From positions 6,454-70,453 of IMG/VR virus record IMGVR_UViG_2872278132_000003: a DNA stretch of 64,000 nt; one strand, written 5' to 3'. A program made the translations under genes and the position numbers. Every line of letters begins with the position of its first letter. Position 1 is the first letter of the stretch. A model generated the notes under the pieces. It ran no database searches, was not told the DNA's origin, and worked only from the letters and a program-made list of their open reading frames with translations. The DNA is from a virus. Of this stretch, positions 8,252 to 17,339 are shown piece after piece.

Positions 8252-8707
8252 TCAGTCCATTTGTGTGGAATCGGTCGGAGGGTCTCGTTGTTCCCGATAC
8301 GCCACCACACGCAACGGCGGCTCTCCAGCGTTCCACAGCCACCGCTTAGCTACTCGCTCATAGGTGGTATTCCTGAGCACACTGCCATCTTCCAGGCGAA
8401 CCTCCAGCGCGTAGCCAGCCTCCGGCCAGTCGTCGGGGTCTTTGCTGTCTTCTTTCACGGCAAGCCACCCCTCAAACGTCGCAGCCATCTTGCGAACCGC
8501 CTCCACCACATCTGGAATTTCAAATTCTCGGCCCGTGACGCCGACCATGTGCCGGATGGACCCAATTGCACATTCCCAACGGTCCTTACGGACCAGCTTC
8601 CCATCACCACGGAACTCATAGTCCTCAACCTTCGCATCCCGAAACTCAGGCATACGAAAGTCCCTTTCTGTTACTTCACGACCGGCCATATTGGCTGTCC
8701 TTTCCAC
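8252..8707 (-). CDS. Hypothetical phage protein
   Basis: ORF in the leftward operon (DFRMPEFRDAKVEDYEFRGDGKLVRKDRWE). Confidence 0.65.
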   Translation of the reverse strand: MERTANMAGREVTERDFRMPEFRDAKVEDYEFRGDGKLVRKDRWECAIGSIRHMVGVTGREFEIPDVVEAVRKMAATFEGWLAVKEDSKDPDDWPEAGYALEVRLEDGSVLRNTTYERVAKRWLWNAGEPPLRVVAYREQRDPPTDSTQMD

Positions 8708-8913
8708 ACGAAATTACGTTTTCTGAACTTGTTCCTGGCTGGCCATTTCCACACACTTTTACGAATAGCCGTAATAACCTTATCCATAAACGCCCTGAAC
8801 GCCGCATCGTCGCGCTTGTGTTGCTCGCCGCGAATCCGGTCTTTGAAGTCCGTCATGACTTGGCGAGCTTCATCAAGACGCGCGAAAACCTTCTCGTGGC
8901 CTTCTTCTTTCAT
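8671..8913 (-). CDS. Hypothetical phage protein
   Basis: GGAGG SD; overlaps the next gene. Confidence 0.6.
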   Translation of the reverse strand: MKEEGHEKVFARLDEARQVMTDFKDRIRGEQHKRDDAAFRAFMDKVITAIRKSVWKWPARNKFRKRNFVWKGQPIWPVVK

Positions 8914-9252
8914 GCTGCCTCCTTCACATACTGGTTATAGACCGGTTCGGCCCGTTCTTTATCACCAGCAATCGCAAAGCTGATAGCCCATGCGATCTTC
9001 TCTTCCGCTTCCTTGTCGCCCCGACCGCGAGCCGCGGCGTGGGCGACCCGCAGACGCCAGATTTCGATCATGATTCACCTCGGATTCACAATGTGCCCAC
9101 AAAACAAAGCGCATTGAACGCGGGCTTCGTTGCAGCAGGCCAACTCAGGAAGCGTCATCACGCGAGCGACGCCGCGAACGGTTACTAAGAAACGGATGTG
9201 ACCGTCCAGGCTGGCGGTCGCCGCGCGGTGTAGGGCTTTGGTGGGGCGCATG

Positions 9253-9492
9253 TCAGTATCCCGCTACCTTTGCGAGGAGTTTTCGCGCCTTGTTGGCCTT
9301 TGTCTCACTCCAATAATCATCACCGACCAGTTCGATAACGAATTCGAGCAATTCCGGCGCCATTACGATCTTCAGCGCATCAGCCCGCATGCTTTCATTC
9401 TTCAACGTGCAGGGGAAATTGCAGATGATCGTATGGCGGTCGTCATCTTCGTAGATGAGATTGTTCTCTTCGTCAAGAATCCATTTGGCCAT
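9253..9492 (-). CDS. Hypothetical phage protein
   Basis: ADALKIVMAPELLE motif common in small phage early proteins. Confidence 0.65.
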   Translation of the reverse strand: MAKWILDEENNLIYEDDDRHTIICNFPCTLKNESMRADALKIVMAPELLEFVIELVGDDYWSETKANKARKLLAKVAGY

Positions 9493-9495
9493 GGC

Positions 9496-9792
9496 TCACC
9501 TCTCGTCGTAATCGATGCACTCCATGAGGTCGATGTCGGAATCGTTCATGAAATGCGTATCTGCCGAAGTCAGTACATGGTGGTGATGGCGCTTGATCGT
9601 CAGTGCTTCAAGAGCCGCGCGATGGCAGCTAAATTCACCAAGCCACCTATCCCCATTCACTCCCGCATAGAGCGTCCCGTCGTTCACGACGAGTGGCTGT
9701 GTCCAGTCCATGATCAGTACCTCGTACAGTTCAGGATTCGCATCATCTGCGCGATGCGCAGCGGCTGATTCGGCCAGCGCTTGCAAATCCAT
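9496..9792 (-). CDS. Hypothetical phage protein
   Basis: Tightly packed ORF in the operon. Confidence 0.6.
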   Translation of the reverse strand: MDLQALAESAAAHRADDANPELYEVLIMDWTQPLVVNDGTLYAGVNGDRWLGEFSCHRAALEALTIKRHHHHVLTSADTHFMNDSDIDLMECIDYDER

Positions 9793-9840
9793 TCGATGTT
9801 TCTATGGCGTTGAAAGGCTTCGTATGCGTCCCAGTCCATT

Positions 9841-10080
9841 TCAGTTCTCCCGTGCGCGGAGCATGGCGTCGGCGTACTCGTATGCCACCGTCGCGACACC
9901 ATCAGGCGTGTTGTTGTTGTGATGGCTTCCGCGCGACTCGCAACCGGGATATGCGAGCATCCCAGCCATCGCCTTCGCCGCGAAGTAGTCACGCAGCGTC
10001 ATACCAGATTTGCCTTCATAGCCGTTGCAGTCGCCGGGAACTTCCGGAAACGCCGGGCCACCGTCTTTTTTCTCGCTCAT
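9841..10080 (-). CDS. Hypothetical phage protein
   Basis: DGGPAFP...GMTLRDYFAAKAM...AYEYADAML, a widespread phage family. Confidence 0.8.
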   Translation of the reverse strand: MSEKKDGGPAFPEVPGDCNGYEGKSGMTLRDYFAAKAMAGMLAYPGCESRGSHHNNNTPDGVATVAYEYADAMLRAREN

Positions 10081-10466
10081 CGCGCACCTCCAGCCGTCGT
10101 GATGTGCCGCGCCGGCTCCGGCGCAGCCTTGCGGCCGGCTTTGATCAGGGCGGCGTCGAGGGCCATGCGCACGCCGGACGTCAGCAGCGGCTTGCCGTTG
10201 TGCCGCGCCGCGTCGTCCTCGGCTGCGATCAGTTCGAGGGCCATCAGGGCGTCAGCTACGCCCGAGGCGTCCAGCGACGCGACCGCAATTTCGTGTACCC
10301 GATCGGCATCGTCGGCAATGGGCAGAAAATCGTCCGGGCCCATCGTCCCGACGCTCCATCCTTCCCAAACGCGCATGCAGTCGTATGCGCAGGAGCCGAT
10401 CGCTTCGGCGACCGCATCACATGCAGCTTCGAGCTGCTTCTCGGCGTAGGTGATCTTCGTATCCAT
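10077..10466 (-). CDS. Hypothetical phage protein
   Basis: AYDCMRVWEGWSVGTMGPDDF; coupled to the next gene. Confidence 0.7.
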   Translation of the reverse strand: MDTKITYAEKQLEAACDAVAEAIGSCAYDCMRVWEGWSVGTMGPDDFLPIADDADRVHEIAVASLDASGVADALMALELIAAEDDAARHNGKPLLTSGVRMALDAALIKAGRKAAPEPARHITTAGGAR

Positions 10467-10489
10467 GTGATCTCTCGTTGTGGCGCGCG

Positions 10490-11605
10490 TTACGCCGCGT
10501 CGGCAAGTTCGCCGGGCTCGATTTCCTCGAACTGGCCCGCTTTGGTGACGCGATACCAGATGCCAGCCTTCAGGTTCTCGCCCTCGTAGCCGACAGCGAA
10601 ACGGGCTCGTTTGTTGGCATCGCGATACGCAATCGAGATCGATGCCCCTTTGCCGATCCTGAATCGCGTGTTGAATCCGGCGACAGCGATCACGGCGTTT
10701 TCACCGTCTGCAACGATCCGCGCGCCATTGCCCGAGCTGCCGATCTGCGCGTCGTCGCCCGAGCTGCCGATCCGCGCGCCATTGCCCGAGCTGCCGATCT
10801 GCGCGTCGTCGCCCGAGCTGCCGATCTGCGCGCCATAGCCCGAGCTGCCGATCCGCGCGCCATAGCCCGAGCTGCCGATCTGCGCGTCGTCGCCCGAGCT
10901 GCCGATCCGCGCGTAGCTGCCCGAGCTGCCGATCTGCGCGCCATTGCCCGAGCTGCCGATCTGCGCGCCATTGCCCGAGCTGCCGATCCGCGCGCCATTG
11001 CCCGAGCTGCCGATCCGCGCGTAGCTGCCCGAGCTGCCGATCTGCGCGCCATTGCCCGAGCTGCCGATCCGCGCGTCGTCGCCCGAGCTGCCGATATACG
11101 CGCCATAGCCCGAGCTGCCGATCTGCGCGCCATAGCCCGAGCTGCCGATCCGCGCGCCATAGCCCGAGCTGCCGATCTGCGCGCCATAGCCCGAGCTGCC
11201 GATCTGCGCGCCATAGCCCGAGCTGCCGATCTGCGCGCCATAGCCCGAGCTGCCGATCTGCGCGTCGTCGCCCGAGCTGCCGATCTGCGCGTCGTCCGTG
11301 CCGTTGTCGTTCTCGGTGATGACATCGACAGTCGCGACCTCGACCGAGATCGCCGTCGTCGCTTCGATCAGCTTGTCGGACGCGTTCTTCGCATCAGCCG
11401 CGATGTCCTTCGCCACCGACGTGTCATCGAGCAATTCGGAAAATGCGCGCTCAGTCAGCCAGCCAGAATCGTCGAAGCGGTTGTCGTCGCGCAGTGCCTG
11501 TTGGACGTCGGTGTACTCGGCGCCCTGCGGGAACTTGCGGATGAACCAGCCATAGCCATCGGTGCAGGCTTCCCATTTACGCAGTAGGTCGGTCGTGATC
11601 TTCAT
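10490..11605 (-). CDS. Phage protein with nonapeptide xxA(Q/R)IGSSG repeats (probable beta-solenoid)
   Basis: 371-aa ORF; N-terminal ACTDGYGWF, C-terminal LKAGIWYRV. Confidence 0.85.
   Translation of the reverse strand: MKITTDLLRKWEACTDGYGWFIRKFPQGAEYTDVQQALRDDNRFDDSGWLTERAFSELLDDTSVAKDIAADAKNASDKLIEATTAISVEVATVDVITENDNGTDDAQIGSSGDDAQIGSSGYGAQIGSSGYGAQIGSSGYGAQIGSSGYGARIGSSGYGAQIGSSGYGAYIGSSGDDARIGSSGNGAQIGSSGSYARIGSSGNGARIGSSGNGAQIGSSGNGAQIGSSGSYARIGSSGDDAQIGSSGYGARIGSSGYGAQIGSSGDDAQIGSSGNGARIGSSGDDAQIGSSGNGARIVADGENAVIAVAGFNTRFRIGKGASISIAYRDANKRARFAVGYEGENLKAGIWYRVTKAGQFEEIEPGELADAA
10715..11296. repeat. 27-bp tandem repeat, 21 full copies plus one partial
   Basis: Invariant core cccgagctgccgat every 27 nt; coding on the minus strand. 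Confidence 0.95.
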
Positions 11606-11930
11606 GTGGGTCTCCGGGAGGGGGCGTGATTGCCCGCTGAGCGGGCGGGGTTGGTCAGCAGCCGCGCCGCGCGTCGGCGACGCCAGGGGCGATGAGGTTC
11701 AGCGCGATTTCCCGAAGCAGATGTTCGGTAAGCGCGCCAGCGCCACCCTTGGCGAGACGCATCAGCTCGAGCAGGTCTTGTGCAGCGAGGCTCATGATTC
11801 GCTCCTATCCTGGTCAGCGAAGGATTCCTCTTCGCTCTTTCCGATGACATGGATCGCGATGGCGCACATGAAGCCCATCACGGCCACCCCGCCAGCCACG
11901 AATCCCAACAGGAAATCGGTCATGTCCATC

Positions 11931-12209
11931 TCACACCTCATCAAAGAGACGCACTTGCCGATCTTCGTGATCCGCATGTGTGGCGAAAAACGTGTCACGC
12001 TCCTTTGCAACCGCGGACTCGAAGAGGCGACGCACAATCCTCTCGACTGCGGATGCTTGTTGAGGGGACTCCGGACGCGCGAACAATTCCTTGAGATCAC
12101 GCCACTCGTCAGAAGGCAGCTCATCGATTTCGTCCGCGAGCTGATGGGGAAGAAGGCCGCGCAGAATCGACAGCTCGAACGATTCGGTCGGGTCAAGCAG
12201 GGCGTTCAT
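11931..12209 (-). CDS. Hypothetical phage protein
   Basis: GGGAGA SD; 92 aa. Confidence 0.6.
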   Translation of the reverse strand: MNALLDPTESFELSILRGLLPHQLADEIDELPSDEWRDLKELFARPESPQQASAVERIVRRLFESAVAKERDTFFATHADHEDRQVRLFDEV

Positions 12210-13134
12210 GGCTCTCCCCTGATTTGGACTGCGAACTATTTCAGAGAGAAACGCCGAGCTATCTCAAAGTCGGCGCAGCGTCCGTCTATGGACATTTATC
12301 GGGTCCGTCTTGGACGAAGAGGTCATCCAATCCCGGCAAGTGCACTCACTGAATGCGCTTGCCGGGCGACCGCTTACGGCGGTCAGTCGGACGGAGCTAA
12401 GTGGCTGCTAGATGTACGTCGTTCACCTCTATTACCGGTGCCACCTTCGGTTCCTGCCTTACCCGATTGGCAGGACATCCACACGCTTTCGCGCTCGGGG
12501 AGGACAATCCAAGACTTCAGAGAGCGCACCGCACTATCAGGGAGTGTGATGAAGGGTCGCCGTTTCGGTGGATTTAGCACCGGCCCGGATGCGAACTATC
12601 AGGAATCAGCCTGCGTCGATCCGAGCCCAGCGGTTGCCGCGACACTATGACGGGAGTCCGATGCGCTCTCTGGAATCTTGCCCGCATCGGCGCCGGCTAC
12701 ACCCTGCTATGCAGGCTCCGGCTACCGATGCGGTAAATCTACTGCTACCCTTCCCGGGGTGTTACGTAACTCATTGATTACCTCGCCATCAATGATCCAT
12801 TTCGGCGCCTTTCGGAAGCATTCCCGTCGATACGGTTCAGCCATTTCCACTCTTTCAGCTACTCATGTGGTGGGATCGGACATGTGTGCGCTCGGGCTTT
12901 CGCCGTGACACCTTTTATCCATGAAGTATTTGGCTAATGCTCTCAGTGCTTGCGCCGGCCCGCGACGCCATTCATTCGCGGCATTCTTCCGGCCCGGAAC
13001 CGACGTGGTGTACGTCACTTGGCGATTACTTGGCACGGGCCCACCCGCTCGAATGGCCTCACTAACCGCATGCCTGCGGCTGCTTTCATCGTTGCTGACA
13101 CCAGCGCAAGCACTGATCGCACTAACCAAACACG

Positions 13135-13165
13135 TTGTTAAAGAACTCGCCCTACTTCGGCGCGC
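13135..13165 (-). promoter_or_regulatory. nut-like antitermination site (hairpin + boxA)
   Basis: Minus strand CGCC-GAAGTAG-GGCG hairpin followed by GTTCTTTAACAA (13146-13135), matching the boxA consensus (TGCTCTTTAACA), downstream of PL. Confidence 0.6.
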
Positions 13166-13229
13166 ACCCGATGGTGCTGGCACTTCATATCTGCACTAGC
13201 AAGCCACATAAGCTTGATGGTGAAGACAG

Positions 13230-13430
13230 CTATTTCTTCATACCCACCACTTCGAAACCTCCGGACGCCACCGTAAAAAACCTGAGCGATCCGAGCGCAT
13301 GAGCGGCCCATAAGCTGCGACATGCCGCCTTGCTAACCTCCTCTACATCGTCGATGTTCTGTACCGCCGATTCATCGACAAGCACCTCGTATGTCACGGT
13401 GCGCTCCACGCGAACGCGTATCTTGCTCAT
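13230..13430 (-). CDS. First gene of the PL operon, hypothetical (66 aa)
   Basis: GAGGA SD; directly downstream of PL. Confidence 0.65.
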   Translation of the reverse strand: MSKIRVRVERTVTYEVLVDESAVQNIDDVEEVSKAACRSLWAAHALGSLRFFTVASGGFEVVGMKK

Positions 13431-13468
13431 CGTTCCTCTTGTTTTACGTTGCCTGATTCGATGACTGA

Positions 13469-13510
13469 ATATTAGGAAATCTCGTATCCATACGCAATAG
13501 GAAACCTCAT
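13469..13510 (-). promoter_or_regulatory. PL promoter with two operator-like boxes
   Basis: TTGCGT (13497-13492), 17 bp, TAATAT (13474-13469); overlapping GAGGTTTCCTA and GAGATTTCCTA boxes resemble those at PR. Confidence 0.8.
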
Positions 13511-13666
13511 TTTTTGTTGTTGATTTTTACTATAGAATTTTCGGTTTGATAGATTCTATGAAGCCCCGGTGATCAGGGGCATCATGCGTGGCGCGCGGAA
13601 AGGGTGCTTGGGGATGCGAGAAGGGGCGGCTAAGAATTTTTGTTGTATAGCCATCCGCTGGCTAGA

Positions 13667-13909
13667 TCAGCCGACTTCGATGATGGTAAGGCGTTGCGCA
13701 ACAGCTAAACAGCACGACAGTTTGAAGAGCTGATCCTTCAGAACTTCGCAAGTTGGGCATGGTAAGTTGCCGCAACCATTTGCATCCGGAGGTTGCATGG
13801 AGAGAGGGGGCTGCCTATCCTCCATGCCATCCATTGATTCTTCCATGTTGATAAACCCCGCATATAAGTAAAAAATACCTTGCACTACGCAGTGCAAATA
13901 AATATTCAT
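13667..13909 (-). CDS. Small AT-rich ORF downstream of cI (possible lysogeny-expressed gene)
   Basis: 80-aa ORF with CPTC; start uncertain. Confidence 0.35.
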   Translation of the reverse strand: MNIYLHCVVQGIFYLYAGFINMEESMDGMEDRQPPLSMQPPDANGCGNLPCPTCEVLKDQLFKLSCCLAVAQRLTIIEVG

Positions 13910-13944
13910 CTCACATAGCGGTTATGGAAAGATGGTATTAATAC

Positions 13945-14346
13945 TTATGACTTTTGGCCGTTATCCGGCATAGGGGATGCGCTTGCCCGGCGTTTGGCGA
14001 CCTCCTCATCAAAGAGGCGCTGTATATATTCGCGCGTGTTCTGATCAAATCCGTGAATTTGAGTTCGGTCTGGATCACATTGCTTGTAGAGGTCGCGCAC
14101 TTGATCGGCCAGCATTGGGCTGATCTCATCAATCTTCAGACCTAGCGCTTTTGCGAACTGGCCAACGGCTTTCAGGTTTAGCGCCACCCTCCCCTTCAGG
14201 TACAGATTCACATTGGATTGCGTCCCCATATCGTAATCCTCAGCGAACTTCTGCTGCGTCAGATCCTTTGGCTTTCGTTCCTTCCATAGGCGGTCCAGAC
14301 GCCGAGCGTCTTCGATCTGCCAGCTCTCTAATATTTGCTTGACCAT
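13945..14346 (-). CDS. cI: CI-like repressor, HTH domain only
   Basis: EDARRL...LTQQKFAEDYDMGTQSNVNLYLKGRVALN...FAKALGLKIDEISP aligns with the lambda CI N-terminal domain; divergent from cro. Confidence 0.9.
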   Translation of the reverse strand: MVKQILESWQIEDARRLDRLWKERKPKDLTQQKFAEDYDMGTQSNVNLYLKGRVALNLKAVGQFAKALGLKIDEISPMLADQVRDLYKQCDPDRTQIHGFDQNTREYIQRLFDEEVAKRRASASPMPDNGQKS

Positions 14347-14352
14347 GGCAGG

Positions 14353-14423
14353 ACTATAGTTTTCCTAGTAACACCGAGGCAACGAGTTTTCCTGTTGACA
14401 AGTCCGATGAGTTTTCCTAGTAT
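14353..14423. promoter_or_regulatory. PR/PRM divergent promoters and three operator boxes
   Basis: PR: TTGACA 14395-14400, 17 bp, TAGTAT 14418-14423. PRM -10 TATAGT (minus, 14358-14353). AGTTTTCCT occurs three times (near 14358, 14385, 14410). Confidence 0.85.
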
Positions 14424-14429
14424 GGAGTC

Positions 14430-14759
14430 ATGAAACTTGCTGATTACCTCGCTAAGCATTCCATCAGCCAAATCACCCTCGCGAACCATCTTGGCGTGAG
14501 CCAGGGCCGCGTGTGGCAATGGCTCAATGGAGAAAAGGTTACTCCAAAGTATTGCCCTGAGATCGAGGTTTGGAGCAATCGCGAGGTCACGTGCGAAGAA
14601 CTCAATGACACGGTTAGCTGGGGCTATGTCCGCGAGTCTGCTCGGTCGATTGCCGAAAGCGAGTCGCGGAACAGTGTGTCCAAGCGCATCGAAGCTAGCG
14701 ACGACACGCAGCCGCCAGCCGGCACCGCTGATCGTAAGCTCAAAGAAGCCCGAGCTTGA
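14430..14759 (+). CDS. cro: Cro/YdaS-like HTH regulator
   Basis: SQITLANHLGVSQGRVWQWLNG...CPEIE...VTCEEL; position after PR. Confidence 0.85.
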   Translation: MKLADYLAKHSISQITLANHLGVSQGRVWQWLNGEKVTPKYCPEIEVWSNREVTCEELNDTVSWGYVRESARSIAESESRNSVSKRIEASDDTQPPAGTADRKLKEARA

Positions 14760-15004
14760 AGCATAGGAATTCGCAGAGGCGCTGACAACGGCGCCCTGCT
14801 CCAGGTGGTCTCCACACACTCCACCCCGAAGTGTGATGGTTTGAGCGGTGTCCGCATCGCTCTTTTTTCTTCCGTGGCTCGCGTTGAGCGGGTTGCGTAG
14901 GCAGTTCATGAGGTTAGGCGTCCTTGTGACGTCTTTATTTGACGCGATGCACAACCGGTGATTCAAGCGGTTACGCGATTGATTTTTCTAAAAAGGTGAA
15001 AGAA

Positions 15005-15349
15005 ATGAACAACTTGGGGCTGCTTGGAGGCGTCGTGAACGGACCGGCGTTTCTCTCGCCGGATGAGGTTGCGAAGTGCCAAACGTATCGCGAGATCGTG
15101 CGCCTGTCGTGGGCGCATCGCCGGACCAAGGCGATGACTCAGCGGACGCTTGCGGAGCGGATTAGCTGCTATCCGTCGCACGTATCGGACTATCTGCAGG
15201 CAGACGATAAGCCGTCTCGCCGAGACCTGCCTGCAGAGTGTCTGAATGATTGGGCTGCCACGGTCGGTAACTGGGGCGTGCATCAGTGGCTAAGTCGTCA
15301 GGCCCATTTGACGATCATGGAAGAAGTCATCGCACAGAGGGCAGCGTAA
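15005..15349 (+). CDS. CII-like XRE regulator
   Basis: MTQRTLAERISCYPSHVSDYL HTH; position after cro. Confidence 0.65.
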   Translation: MNNLGLLGGVVNGPAFLSPDEVAKCQTYREIVRLSWAHRRTKAMTQRTLAERISCYPSHVSDYLQADDKPSRRDLPAECLNDWAATVGNWGVHQWLSRQAHLTIMEEVIAQRAA

Positions 15350-16143
15350 TGGCAAAAAATTCTATCGACGCCTACGGCGCAAGCGGCAAAACGAACCTGC
15401 TCTTTTTCGACCCGGAGGTTCTGTCGCTCGTCACCGATGAGGAATCGCCTCTATACGATCCGCGCGTGCATCTCCCGGTCGACGAAGACCTGGCGCGCAA
15501 CATTGACTATCAGGGCGTCCTCGAGCCGATCGCGGTCCAGAAGAATCCCGAGACTGGCTCGGTTGAAGTCGTGATCGGCCGTCAGCGCACGAAGGCCGCG
15601 CGCCTTGCGAACGAATGGCGCAAGGCGCGCGGCGTCGCTCCGATCCAGATCCCGGCGTTCGTCCACAAAGGCGATCGCCGCAACGCGCTCGACGTCATCG
15701 CGAGCGAGAACGAACTTCGCCAAGCCGATTCGCCGCTCGGTCGCGCCGAGAAGATGCGCCGCATGATGGCGCTCGGCCGTGGCGAGGATCAGATCGCCAC
15801 GATCTTTGGCTGCAAGGTTCCGACCGTGCGCAGCACGCTCGCCCTTCTAGAGTGCTGCGCTGACGTTCAAAAGGCCGTTGAAGCCGGAACGATTGGCGTC
15901 ACGCACGCGAAGAAGCTTTCCGCGCTCACGCCGGATGAGCAACGCCAGAAGGTTGTCGAGCTCACCACTGCCGGGAGCGGTGCGAAACCGCATGAGCGCG
16001 CCCGTAAGCAGCGCGAGGTGATGGGCGACGCCAAGCCCCGCATGAAAACCCGCAAAGAGATTATCGCGGAACTGGAAATTGACCCGAGCGGCGAGCGTGG
16101 CCGCGCATTGCGGTGGGTGCTTGGCATCGAGGCATCAGCATGA
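15349..16143 (+). CDS. ParB/Spo0J-like protein
   Basis: GVLEPIAV...VVIGRQRTKAA...SENELR plus HTH (IATIFGCKVPTVR). Confidence 0.85.
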   Translation: MAKNSIDAYGASGKTNLLFFDPEVLSLVTDEESPLYDPRVHLPVDEDLARNIDYQGVLEPIAVQKNPETGSVEVVIGRQRTKAARLANEWRKARGVAPIQIPAFVHKGDRRNALDVIASENELRQADSPLGRAEKMRRMMALGRGEDQIATIFGCKVPTVRSTLALLECCADVQKAVEAGTIGVTHAKKLSALTPDEQRQKVVELTTAGSGAKPHERARKQREVMGDAKPRMKTRKEIIAELEIDPSGERGRALRWVLGIEASA

Positions 16144-16702
16144 TCGACATCTACATCGACCTTTTCATGTTCTCCGTAATCTGCGCAGCCTTCGGGTTGC
16201 CGTGGAGGCATATGTGAACGCCCACCAATCCATCCACATCGACCCGCTGCTTGCGGATGTGTTCGAGTTGCTGCATCGGATGGAGTTGTGCCAGACGCTC
16301 GCGCCGTTTCAGTGGATGGCTGGGGATGCGCTGCGCAAGTTGGCTAAGTACGAAGAGTAGGCCCGTAATAACCAGGTCGCCAAGGACATTTAAGTGGCCC
16401 GTATCCGCACCATTAAGCCGGACTTCTGGACAGACGAGAAGATCGTCGAATTGTCCTTCGGAGCGAGGCTGCTGTTCATCGGGTGCTGGAACTTCGCCGA
16501 CGACAACGGCAACCTCCAGCGCTCGGCAAAGAAGTTGAAGATGCAGATTTTTCCGGCCGACTCTGTCGACTGCGAAAAGCTGATCCAAGAGCTGATTGCT
16601 CACGGACTACTCAGTGAGTACTCAGCGAATACGGGGGAAATCTTCCTTCATATTCACGGATTCAAGGTAAGCGTGGAGCCGATACCGTGTTGACGGCGTG
16701 AG

Positions 16703-17299
16703 TTACCGGTTTCCCCAACGATTGGAAGCCATGCGTAGCAGCGTGGCATTGGCAGCACGCAGATCGAACAGTTCGGCATCGAAGCCGGGGCCGACCCAGT
16801 TTCGGTAATGGTCAGCTTCTTCGCTATTCGGATCGTTGCATAGCGCGTTCAGGAACGCTTCGTAGCCATGCGGGCCGCCCTCATCCTCTGGCGGGCACGC
16901 GCGAGCACCATCAATGACCTGGGCCGCGCCCCACGGTTCGCTCTCAATGGTTTCCACTTTCTCAACGACGATGGCGTGATCCCAGCTGTCTCCGAAGTCG
17001 TACCGGTAGAGGAAGCGCGAGCCAGGTTTCAGGACCTTCTGCAGTCGAACCTTCCGGTCATCGGCGCTCGTGCCCGGGTCGGCGAAGTCCAGCACGTCGT
17101 CGATCTCGAACATGGCGTAGGTCATGCCGTCGATCAGGAAGTCGTGCAGGTGGGCGTCTTCCCAGCCGAAGGCCGCCTGCAGGATATGGTGCAGCTTGCG
17201 CAGCGACTCGGTTCCTTCGACCTCGATCCTGCGCCAGATGGGCGGCTCGATGTGTTGAAGCTGCACGTGCAGGGTAAAGCGCTGGAACGATTTCGCCAT
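16703..17299 (-). CDS. Plasmid pRiA4b ORF3-family protein (IS passenger)
   Basis: PPIWRRIEV...LHHILQAAFGWEDAHLHDF...YRYDFGDSWDH...GARACPPEDEGG. Confidence 0.9.
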   Translation of the reverse strand: MAKSFQRFTLHVQLQHIEPPIWRRIEVEGTESLRKLHHILQAAFGWEDAHLHDFLIDGMTYAMFEIDDVLDFADPGTSADDRKVRLQKVLKPGSRFLYRYDFGDSWDHAIVVEKVETIESEPWGAAQVIDGARACPPEDEGGPHGYEAFLNALCNDPNSEEADHYRNWVGPGFDAELFDLRAANATLLRMASNRWGNR

Positions 17300-17339
17300 C
17301 TGATCTCCGGGTGAACGGGAAGCCAGCGGCATTATCGCC

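Noticed and set aside
10715..11296. 27-bp repeat as a CRISPR array
   Set aside because: The period is a multiple of 3, the variable parts are a few recurring codons rather than unique spacers, and it lies within a CDS.
14293..14307. Self-target of the array in cI: codons GCT CGG CGT CTG GAC match array units gc cg cg ct ga with 1-nt gaps
   Set aside because: Only 5 consecutive units (10 nt) match and the flanking units fail without indels; about one such hit is expected by chance in 128 kb of GC-rich sequence. Still worth testing against cI genes of related phages.
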